This document shows, one piece after another, positions 29,768 through 37,886 of a DNA stretch of 64,000 nt. How positions within the stretch are numbered: position 1 is the stretch's first letter; each line of letters starts with the position of its first letter. Below the pieces are notes generated by a model, which saw only the letters and a program-made list of their open reading frames with translations, was not told where the DNA came from and searched no databases. The stretch lies in assembly GCA_963662665.2 (NCBI GenBank), contig CAXXJS010000019.1, positions 1 to 64,000 on the forward strand. The letters run 5' to 3'. Made by a program: the position numbers and the translations under genes. The stretch is from Candidatus Latescibacterota bacterium. GTDB lineage: Bacteria > Latescibacterota > UBA2968 > GCA-2709665.

Positions 29768-30672
29768 ACCTGCCGTTCGAAGCCGAACCCATTCACCCGC
29801 GGCATACGCGCCGATTGCAGGAGATATTCGCGTCCGCCCTGAAGAACGCGTGGTGTTACTACGCCCCCTTTCTTTGTTGTTTCAGCCTGCCTCCGGCACG
29901 GGAGGTGTTCGTGGCGGAACACGGAGGCGCGCTTTGGCTTCCCGTGCGTCGCGCCGCCGGAAATGGCCGCGTCTGGTTCGATCTGGTCGTACCTCCAATT
30001 CCAATGTCGCCTGAACCACTCGCTTCGATGCTGGACGAAATGCGTTTAATAAACGGCGGCCGTTGTCCGCGCATTTTGTGGCTTGATGATGCGGACAGAC
30101 GGCGCCTGCCGCCGGGCCGGCTGGAGGTCCGGATCAAGTCGCACGAATATCTGTACGATCCCTTGAAGGTCGTGGCGGCCACTGGACGGCCGTACCGGGA
30201 CCTGCGCAAGAAACTGAGGCGATTCCGACGGGAGGCGGATCCGCATTTTCGGGAGATGACGCCAGCCGACGTCCCGGCATGTCAGGCGCTTCTGCGACAT
30301 TGGCGGAAACGGCAGGGGCGCAGGAGGGATTTCCTCCTGGACTGGGGATATACCCGGTCGGCGTTATCGATGTACGGACACTGGACTTCCGAGGAACTTC
30401 AGGGCTGGTGCGTGGCGTTGGAGGATCAGGTCGCGGCATTTGCAATCGCCGGGCGGATGCACGCGGGGATGGCCAACTTCTTTATCGCGAAGACCGACCC
30501 CGACGTCCCCGGATTGTCGGAATATTTGCGAACGGAGGTCTATCGGGCCTTGATGGATTACGATTGTGTCAATGACGCCGGTGACCTGGGGCTGCCGGGG
30601 TTGCGTCAGCACAAACGAAAATTCCGGCCCGTCGAGCGGATTCCGGTATACAGCGCGTCGTTTTCGGATTGA
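29764..30672 (+). CDS. DUF2156-like (aaPG-synthase C-terminal/GNAT-fold) protein
   Basis: HEYLYD..VAATGRPYRDLRKKLRRF, AKTDPDVPGLSEYL, VNDAGDLGLPGLRQHKRKFRP; ATGA overlap. Confidence 0.7.
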   Translation: MNLPFEAEPIHPRHTRRLQEIFASALKNAWCYYAPFLCCFSLPPAREVFVAEHGGALWLPVRRAAGNGRVWFDLVVPPIPMSPEPLASMLDEMRLINGGRCPRILWLDDADRRRLPPGRLEVRIKSHEYLYDPLKVVAATGRPYRDLRKKLRRFRREADPHFREMTPADVPACQALLRHWRKRQGRRRDFLLDWGYTRSALSMYGHWTSEELQGWCVALEDQVAAFAIAGRMHAGMANFFIAKTDPDVPGLSEYLRTEVYRALMDYDCVNDAGDLGLPGLRQHKRKFRPVERIPVYSASFSD

Positions 30673-30764
30673 CGGCCGTTTTTGCGCCAGTCCACGCTGG
30701 CCGGATCGAGCGCCGGCAAAACCGGCAGGTTGCATTAAACCTTTCCGAATCAAGGAGGCGGTTC

Positions 30765-31394
30765 TTGAAGGCAGCGAAAGCAACCAATATTGTGTGGCAT
30801 GAAGGCCATGTGAGTCGCCCGGAGCGGGAGCGTCTGTTGGCGCAGGCGGGGTGCCTGGTGTGGTTAACCGGTCTGCCTTCCTCCGGGAAAAGCACCATTG
30901 CGTTTACGGTTGAGCACGCGCTGATTGCGAGAGGACGGATGGCATATGTGCTGGATGGAGACAATATCCGGCACGGGCTCAACAGGAACCTGGGTTTTTC
31001 GGCCGAGGACAGGGCCGAGAATATACGCCGTATCGGCGAGGTCGGAAAACTCTTTGTGGACGCCGGAATCCTTACGATAAGCAGTTTCGTGAGTCCGTAC
31101 AGGAAAGACAGGGACGGCGTTCGCGGAATGCTGGACCCGGGAGACTTCCTGGAAGTTTTCATCGATACGCCGATCGAGGTCTGCGAAGAAAGGGACCCCA
31201 AGGGACTCTACAAAAAGGCGCGGGCCGGCGAGATACCGGATTTCACCGGGGTCTCGGACCCGTACGAGCCGCCGGAGAATCCTGAACTCGTTATAATGGC
31301 TGCCGAGTGTTCTCCCCGGGCGGCGGCACGGCAGATTCTCGATCTGCTTGCGTCGCATGGCAGGATTTCGAAGTCGGCCGGGCGCGAGCCGTGA
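30765..31394 (+). CDS. cysC: Adenylyl-sulfate kinase
   Basis: WLTGLPSSGKSTIA, LDGDNIRHGL, RDPKGLYKKARAG; TTG start after AGGAGG. Confidence 0.95.
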   Translation: MKAAKATNIVWHEGHVSRPERERLLAQAGCLVWLTGLPSSGKSTIAFTVEHALIARGRMAYVLDGDNIRHGLNRNLGFSAEDRAENIRRIGEVGKLFVDAGILTISSFVSPYRKDRDGVRGMLDPGDFLEVFIDTPIEVCEERDPKGLYKKARAGEIPDFTGVSDPYEPPENPELVIMAAECSPRAAARQILDLLASHGRISKSAGREP

Positions 31395-32767
31395 CGTCGC
31401 TCGAAGGGCGCCGTGTGCTCGTCATGGGCCTGGGGTTGTTCGGCGGCGGCGTCGGTGCGGTGCGGTTTCTGTGCAGCGAGGGAGCGCGGGTGACCGTAAC
31501 CGATCTACGACCCGCAGAGGCGCTGCGGGAGTCGCTTTCGGCACTGGAGTCGCTGCCAGTTGTCTACCGCCTGGGCGGACACGAGGCGTCGGACTTCGGG
31601 GAGGCGGATCTTGTCGTGGCCAATCCCGGCGTTCCCCGGACATCCCGGTTCCTGAGTATAGCCAGGGAAAAGGGAATCCCCGTAACAACGGAGATATGCC
31701 TCTTTATCGAACGTTGTAGAGCGCCGGTCGTTGGGGTTACGGGCAGCAGCGGAAAGACAACGACCACGTCGCTTGTCGGAGAGATGATGCGATGCAAGAC
31801 GCCGGCGACGATGGTAGGCGGAAATATCGGGGGGTCCCTGCTGGATCGGCTGGAGGAGATCACCCCGGACACTCGGGTTGTCCTTGAATTGTCCAGCTTT
31901 CAACTCGACCGTCTGACCGAACTGAAATGGAGTCCGCAAACTGCCGTCATAACGAATTTTGCCCCCAATCACCTGGATATCCACGGTTCATTGGAGGCCT
32001 ACAAACAGGCGAAACGGCAGATCATCGCCCATCAGGGAGCGGATGACGTCGTGGTATTGAATGGAGACGACCCGGAAATCCGGCAGTGGTCAGGGGGCGG
32101 GCGCCGTATCGTCTTCAGCACGAAACGGACGTTGGGGTGCGACGTCTACCTGGACGACGGGGATTTAAAACACAGGGTTGGCCATTCCGAAAAAACCGTC
32201 TGTCCGGCCGATGCGTTGGCATTGCCAGGCCGGCATAATCTTGCGAACGCGATGGCCGCCTGCGGCGCGGCGCTTTACAACGGCGTGCCGGAAGCTGATA
32301 TTGCAACCGTCCTCCGTACGTTCAATGGTATGCCGCACCGGCTTGAGCGTGTGGCGGAAATCGGAGGTGTCACGTATTATAACGATTCGATTGCGACGAG
32401 TCCGGATCGCACGCAGGTGGCGCTTGCGGCCCTGCCCCCGGGTGTGGTGTTGATCGCGGGGGGATACGACAAGGGTCTCGCATACGACGCGCTTGGTTCC
32501 GATATTGGACGCAGAGTGTCGTATCTGATCCTGACGGGCCGGTCGTCGGACGCGATAGCGGCTTCGGTACCGGCCGGATCCCCAACCCGTGTCGTGCGGG
32601 TGGATTCACTGGACGACGCCGTGTCTGCCGCGGCGCGGAGGTCAGGGTCGGGCAATACCGTGTTGTTCTCTCCGGCGTCTGCCAGCTATGACCGCTTCAG
32701 GAATTTCGAAGAGCGAGGTGACCGGTTCAGAACGCTCGTTATGGATATGAGGGGTTCCGATGTCTGA
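31391..32767 (+). CDS. murD: UDP-N-acetylmuramoyl-L-alanine--D-glutamate ligase
   Basis: GVTGSSGKTTT, ELSSFQL, NHLD, HRLE, NDSIAT, SPASASYDRFRNFEERG. Confidence 0.95.
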   Translation: MTSLEGRRVLVMGLGLFGGGVGAVRFLCSEGARVTVTDLRPAEALRESLSALESLPVVYRLGGHEASDFGEADLVVANPGVPRTSRFLSIAREKGIPVTTEICLFIERCRAPVVGVTGSSGKTTTTSLVGEMMRCKTPATMVGGNIGGSLLDRLEEITPDTRVVLELSSFQLDRLTELKWSPQTAVITNFAPNHLDIHGSLEAYKQAKRQIIAHQGADDVVVLNGDDPEIRQWSGGGRRIVFSTKRTLGCDVYLDDGDLKHRVGHSEKTVCPADALALPGRHNLANAMAACGAALYNGVPEADIATVLRTFNGMPHRLERVAEIGGVTYYNDSIATSPDRTQVALAALPPGVVLIAGGYDKGLAYDALGSDIGRRVSYLILTGRSSDAIAASVPAGSPTRVVRVDSLDDAVSAAARRSGSGNTVLFSPASASYDRFRNFEERGDRFRTLVMDMRGSDV

Positions 32768-33599
32768 AATAATCGACCTGCGGTCCGTCGCACCAACCGT
32801 TGCCCGTGTACTCAACGTGCCCCCGCCCGGCGGCGCGGAGGCTGCGCCAATTGCGGAAGTCGTGGAGACACTGCATGCCGCCGACAGGCTCGCGTTGGTG
32901 GTGGTTGACGGTTTCGGCTCGTCGTTGTGGGCGTATGTACGCGACGCCGTTCCGATATTGAACCGGATTGCCGAGCTTCGGCACCTCGAGATCCAATCCG
33001 TGCTGCCGTCGATGACCTATATCTGCATATCGACGATGTTGACCGGCGTGTCTCCATCCTCGCACGGCGTCACGGATTTACAGTCCATGATCCTCGCCAC
33101 GCGTTCCGCCGATCCGGATACCGTCTTCAACCGGGTGAGAGACGCTGGCGGACAAACGTTGATGGCCGTGCACAAGCGGGACGTGGAGGGGCTGGATATA
33201 GAGCGATTCGCCGACCGAACGGTACTGGCCGAAGAGCGGAACGATCTGGAGATATATGGCAGGGTTCCAGGTTTAATCGTTGAAAACTCGCCCACGTTCG
33301 CGTTTGTACACCTGCTGGACATCGACGAAGCCGGTCACAGATACGGTCCTTACACGCCGGAGGTCCGGCAGTCCGCCATAGAGATGGACCGGCATCTGAA
33401 GGGCCTGCTGGCCTGTCTTGCAACCGCCGGATACGCAACAATGATCCTGGCGGATCACGGAATGCACGAGTCTCCTCGGGGAGCTTCCGATGCGGAGGGG
33501 AATCGGGGAATGCACGATGGTTCGGTTCCTGAGGACTTGCTCATTCCACTGCTGTGGGCGACGGCGGAAGAACTGGGTGATATTGTTAATGGCGGTTAG
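32760..33599 (+). CDS. Alkaline phosphatase superfamily (nucleotide pyrophosphatase-like) protein
   Basis: VVVDGFG, PSMTY, DIDEAGH, ILADHG, GMH. Confidence 0.8.
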   Translation: MSEIIDLRSVAPTVARVLNVPPPGGAEAAPIAEVVETLHAADRLALVVVDGFGSSLWAYVRDAVPILNRIAELRHLEIQSVLPSMTYICISTMLTGVSPSSHGVTDLQSMILATRSADPDTVFNRVRDAGGQTLMAVHKRDVEGLDIERFADRTVLAEERNDLEIYGRVPGLIVENSPTFAFVHLLDIDEAGHRYGPYTPEVRQSAIEMDRHLKGLLACLATAGYATMILADHGMHESPRGASDAEGNRGMHDGSVPEDLLIPLLWATAEELGDIVNGG

Positions 33600-33667
33600 T
33601 TATGAGATTGAGGCCGGACGTTCCACCCGTCCGGCCTCAAGTTTCCTGCCCGTTGTACGGTCTCTGT

Positions 33668-34531
33668 TCACGCGCCGTCGGAAAAGGGCATAAGTTTACG
33701 CCCTCTGGTGGGATGTCGGAGCTTTCGGAGCGCCTTTTCCTTGATCTGGCGGATGCGTTCACGGGTAAGCCTGAACCGGATGCCGATTTCTTCAAGTGTC
33801 ATTTCGGCATCGCCGCCCAGGCCGAAATAGAGTCGAATGACTTCGCGTTCCCTTTCTTCCAGTGTTTCCAGCGCCGCGAAGATCTCATCTTCAAGTGAAT
33901 TCTGCAGGAGAAGACGGTCGGGCGATTCCTGATTTTCATCCGTCATGATTTCGAGCAGGCTGTTTTCCTCGTCTTCGCCGAAGGTCATGTCGAGCGAAAG
34001 GACGCGCTGCCCGCTGGCGAGGGTATCGACGACCTGTTCGACCGAGATGTCCAGTTCCTCCGCGATTTCTTCTTCGGGAGGTCGCCCGGACGTCTCCTGC
34101 TGCCGGTTGTTCACATAGCGGGAGATGCGCCGCAGAAGGTCCACCCGGTTGAGCGGAAGACGCACGACCCTGGAATGTTCCGCCAGGGTCTGGAGGATAG
34201 ACTGGCGAATCCACCAGACCGCGTAGGAAATAAACTTGAACCCCCTGGTCTCGTCGAACCGTTCCGCCGCCGTGATGAGCCCCAGGTTGCCCGCACTGAT
34301 TAAATCCGCAAGCGGTACGCCCTGGTTCTGATACTCGCGGGCCACGGTAATGACAAAACGAAGATTGGCCTCGACAAGCTTCCTGCGTGCTTCGAGGTCT
34401 CCCTTCTTGATGCGGCGGGCGAGAAAGACTTCCTCCTGGGCCGTCAGGGGCTCGGACGAGGCAACGTCTTCCAGATAGCGGTGCAATGAATCTTTCGACC
34501 CATCGCGGTAGATTCCGCTCTTTCCGGCCAC
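33668..34531 (-). CDS. RNA polymerase sigma70 factor, RpoD/SigA family (short, no region 1.1)
   Basis: LVEANLRFV, FKFISYAVWWIRQSI, MTLEEIG..LTRERIRQIKEKALRKLR; GTG start after GAGGTG. Confidence 0.92.
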   Translation of the reverse strand: MAGKSGIYRDGSKDSLHRYLEDVASSEPLTAQEEVFLARRIKKGDLEARRKLVEANLRFVITVAREYQNQGVPLADLISAGNLGLITAAERFDETRGFKFISYAVWWIRQSILQTLAEHSRVVRLPLNRVDLLRRISRYVNNRQQETSGRPPEEEIAEELDISVEQVVDTLASGQRVLSLDMTFGEDEENSLLEIMTDENQESPDRLLLQNSLEDEIFAALETLEEREREVIRLYFGLGGDAEMTLEEIGIRFRLTRERIRQIKEKALRKLRHPTRGRKLMPFSDGA

Positions 34532-34931
34532 GATGATCACCTCGAATGGATGCGCGATTGGTGGATGGGATTCTGAAACCGGCGGGAGGATGTATGGCAT
34601 GATACCAAAATTAAATATTTGGCGTTTCCGTTGAGTTGTCAAGCGAAATTTCCGATGCGTACTGCGGACTTCCTCTTCTGACTCAATGCGGCCCTTCCGC
34701 CGGCGCCAGACGGCGTAATTTCCCGTTCGCTACGTTGCCGTTTCAGCTCGTTCCATTGCCGGAGCCAGCCGCAATACAGGCGGTACGGCCGGGCCTGGAC
34801 TGACTGCGAATTTCGTCTGGTGTAAATTACGCTCTCCCGTTTCAGATCACTGTTTCCAATTACGTCACATGTGTTTCGTCCGATTCCGCACTGCGCTGCG
34901 CGGCGGATGACGGCGCGTGGAGGCATACCAA

Positions 34932-35990
34932 ATGGACGTGCCAATTGATGGTTCCCGTTTATTGAAGTTGCTGGAAAAACTCCTGATGGCCCATGCCCCC
35001 CCGGGGGCCGAAGGCGAAGTCGACGCCATTGTGATGGATGAGGTGGGATCCCTGACGGCGTCGGTCTGGCAGGATGCGGCAGAGAGCATCGTGGTTCATT
35101 TCAAGGGCCGCGGGGATGGCGCGCCGGTTGCCGTCACCGCCCATAAGGACGAGATCGGCCTTATGGTCAAGCGCGTACAGGACGACGGGCGTCTGCGCGT
35201 CCGTCCGCTGGGCGGGCTCCATCCATGGGCGGTGGGCGAGGGGCCGGTCGACGTCTTGACCGAAGGCGATACGGTGGCTGGCATCCTGTCCGTAGGTTCC
35301 AAGCATGTTTCCGAAGAGAGTCCGGCTGGTTCACTGAAAGCGGGCAAGGCGATAAAATGGGAGACGTTCTGGATCGAGACCAAACGTTCCGCCGGGGATC
35401 TGCGGGATCTGGGTGTGCATCGGGGCAGTAAGGCCGTCCTGGCGCGGTCGCGAAAACAACCCGTGTTCATGGGGGATTTCATTTGCGGATACAATCTCGA
35501 TTGCAGGGCCGGGCTGGCCGTCCTGCTCGAGGCGGCAAGGCAACTGGCCGAAACGCCGCCGCCGCGCGATGTGTATCTTATCGCAAGTTCCGAGGAGGAG
35601 ATCGGCGCGCAGGGCGCCGCCTTTTCGATCGGACAACTGCCCGCTCAAACGGCGATCGCGCTGGATATCGCACCGGTGGCCGAAGAATACCAGCTTGAGA
35701 ATTGCGCTGATCCGGTTCTGCTTTGGGGGGATGCATCGGGGGTTTACCACGAACGCACGTTGCGTCACCTGGACGGGCTGGCGTCCCGCATGGGTTTCGA
35801 AACGCAGCCGGCGGTCGTGACTTCCTACGGGAGCGACGCAAGTATTTCGAAGCGGACCGGGTCGGCCGGCCGGTCGGCCTGCATTGCGTATCCCGGCGAG
35901 AATACCCACGGGTACGAGATCTGTTCGGTGGAAGGGATTCTGAATTCGGCGCGGCTGCTGATTGCGTATCTGATGCATCCGCTGGATTGA
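34932..35990 (+). CDS. M42 family metallopeptidase
   Basis: TAHKDEIG, NLDCRAG, SEEEIG, LDIA, NTHGYE. Confidence 0.85.
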   Translation: MDVPIDGSRLLKLLEKLLMAHAPPGAEGEVDAIVMDEVGSLTASVWQDAAESIVVHFKGRGDGAPVAVTAHKDEIGLMVKRVQDDGRLRVRPLGGLHPWAVGEGPVDVLTEGDTVAGILSVGSKHVSEESPAGSLKAGKAIKWETFWIETKRSAGDLRDLGVHRGSKAVLARSRKQPVFMGDFICGYNLDCRAGLAVLLEAARQLAETPPPRDVYLIASSEEEIGAQGAAFSIGQLPAQTAIALDIAPVAEEYQLENCADPVLLWGDASGVYHERTLRHLDGLASRMGFETQPAVVTSYGSDASISKRTGSAGRSACIAYPGENTHGYEICSVEGILNSARLLIAYLMHPLD

Positions 35991-36039
35991 GTATCGACAC
36001 GCGGGCGGAAGGAGAGCCGGGTCATCGGTAAAATTAACT

Positions 36040-36789
36040 ATGCTTTTTGAGAATAAAAAAGGTCAATATCGATTCCTGAAGGGAATAGATCCATATTCAT
36101 GCGGCGTCGTTTCCGTCCCCGGTTACGAGGTCATCCACGCGACGTTCGAGGACGCGCAGCCATGGCGTGACGGGTTTGAAAGGGTGGACGCACATCTGCG
36201 TGAACGGGGCCGCGAGAGGCATGCGCTGTGCGGAGTGGTACTGCGCTGCCCGAAACCGCATCCGATGGAAGGGTTTATAAGGTTCAACGAAGCCTATTGC
36301 GGTCTCTTGAGATCCTGGTCCCTGCATGTGGACGGGATGAACCCGGTGGCGCGAACCAATGTTGCACCGCTGTACGGTCCGCCGGGAGAGACGGTGATGC
36401 ACGGGTTTTCATACACCAGGCCTTGCCGCGAAGAAAACGGCCGTACGTTCGTTATTGCGGGCGCGGGTGAGCTGTTTGAAGGCGAATTGGTTAACGACGG
36501 CATCGTGAGGCGGGGCGAGACTGGCGCGGACGCGATGCGGGAGAAGGCGGCATACGTGGTGCAGGTGATGGCGGATCGGCTGGCGGGTCTGGGGGCGACC
36601 TGGGATCAGGTGACAACCGTGGATGTTTACACGGCGCACCGGTTGGGCCGTGGGCTGGACGAGGTCGTTTTGTCTGGCGTTGGAGCGGCGCAGCGTCACG
36701 GCCTCAGGTTGTATCGGGCGCGACCGCCCGTGCTCGGGATTGAATTCGAGATGGATATACGGGGCGTCAGGCGTGAAATCCGCATTTGA
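36040..36789 (+). CDS. CnbZ-like (2-amino-5-chloromuconate deaminase-like) protein
   Basis: YRFLKGIDPYSCGV, NPVARTNVAP, TFVIAGAGE, RPPVLGIEFEMD recalled as typical of the family. Confidence 0.6.
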   Translation: MLFENKKGQYRFLKGIDPYSCGVVSVPGYEVIHATFEDAQPWRDGFERVDAHLRERGRERHALCGVVLRCPKPHPMEGFIRFNEAYCGLLRSWSLHVDGMNPVARTNVAPLYGPPGETVMHGFSYTRPCREENGRTFVIAGAGELFEGELVNDGIVRRGETGADAMREKAAYVVQVMADRLAGLGATWDQVTTVDVYTAHRLGRGLDEVVLSGVGAAQRHGLRLYRARPPVLGIEFEMDIRGVRREIRI

Positions 36790-36845
36790 GGTCGCCTGCC
36801 GGCCAGGGCTCCGGGCCTCCTCAGGGGTGCGATTCGCCAGCATTC

Positions 36846-36902
36846 ACGAGACGGGATGAATCGGCGGTCGAATGGTGAGGAATTTTTGGGACAGAACACT
36901 AA
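36846..36902 (-). mobile_element. Truncated copy of MITE family B
   Basis: Reverse complement TAGTGTTCTGTCCCAAAAATTCCTCACCATTCGACCGCCGATTCATCCCGTCTCG aligns with 46274-46328. Confidence 0.75.
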
Positions 36903-37867
36903 GGGATCAGGAGTACCTTTCCCTTCGTTCGCCTGCCTTCAAGTAGCAGGTGGGCTTCCCGGGCATCCGAAAGGGGCAGCGTACGGTCGATCCGCAGATT
37001 GAGCTTCCCGGATTGAATCCAGCCAAGCACTTCCCCGGCGCGAAGTTCCAATTCCTCCCGGCTCGCAGTGTAGTCGACGAGGGTCGGGCGCGTCATGAAG
37101 ATTGAACCGAGACGGCTAAGCAGCAGCGGATCGACCGGCGGCACCGGACCGCTGGCATTGCCGAAAAGCACGAGGTAGCCCCTGGGACTCAGGCAATTCA
37201 TGCTCTTTTCCCACGTGGTTTTCCCCACCGAGTCGTATGCGACGTGTACGCCCCGGCCGCCCGTGAGCCGTTTGACTTCGGCTTCGAAATCCTGTTCGGT
37301 GTATCTTATGATTTCATCCGCTCCGGCGTCCCGGGCCAGTTGCGCCTTTTCTTCCGTCGACACCGTCCCGATGACGCGCGCGCCCCGCATTTTCGCCATC
37401 TGAACCAGAATGAGTCCCACGCCCCCCGCGGCTGCGTGGATAAGAACGGTGTCTCCTTCCAAAACGACGCACGTACTGTGAACGAGATAGTGGGATGTCA
37501 TCCCCTGGAGCATTGCGGCCGCTCCGGCGGCGGCATCCACGCCATCAGGAAGTTTGACGAGGCTCTTCTGTGGAGCGGCCACGAATTCGGCATATGAGCC
37601 GGGAACGCTGGCGTAGGCTACGCGGTCACCCGGCTGGAAGTCGGTGACTCCCGAACCCGGCGCCGCCACCGTGCCGGCGGCCTCGAGGCCGGGGATAAAT
37701 GGCAAGTCGAGCGGATAGAGGCCGGTGCGGTGGTAGGTGTCTATATAATTCAGACCGATCGCTTCGATTTCGACCAGGACCTCACCCGGGCCGGGTTCAG
37801 GAGTCGGCACTTCAATGTAGTTCAGTACTTCAGGTCCGCCGGTGCGGGAAACTTGAATCGCTTTCAT
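36899..37867 (-). CDS. qor: NADPH:quinone oxidoreductase (zeta-crystallin type)
   Basis: NYIDTYHRTGLYP, IHAAAGGVG, FGNASG, RRTKGKVLL. Confidence 0.92.
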   Translation of the reverse strand: MKAIQVSRTGGPEVLNYIEVPTPEPGPGEVLVEIEAIGLNYIDTYHRTGLYPLDLPFIPGLEAAGTVAAPGSGVTDFQPGDRVAYASVPGSYAEFVAAPQKSLVKLPDGVDAAAGAAAMLQGMTSHYLVHSTCVVLEGDTVLIHAAAGGVGLILVQMAKMRGARVIGTVSTEEKAQLARDAGADEIIRYTEQDFEAEVKRLTGGRGVHVAYDSVGKTTWEKSMNCLSPRGYLVLFGNASGPVPPVDPLLLSRLGSIFMTRPTLVDYTASREELELRAGEVLGWIQSGKLNLRIDRTLPLSDAREAHLLLEGRRTKGKVLLIP

Positions 37868-37886
37868 GGAAGTCTCCTTACTGTGT

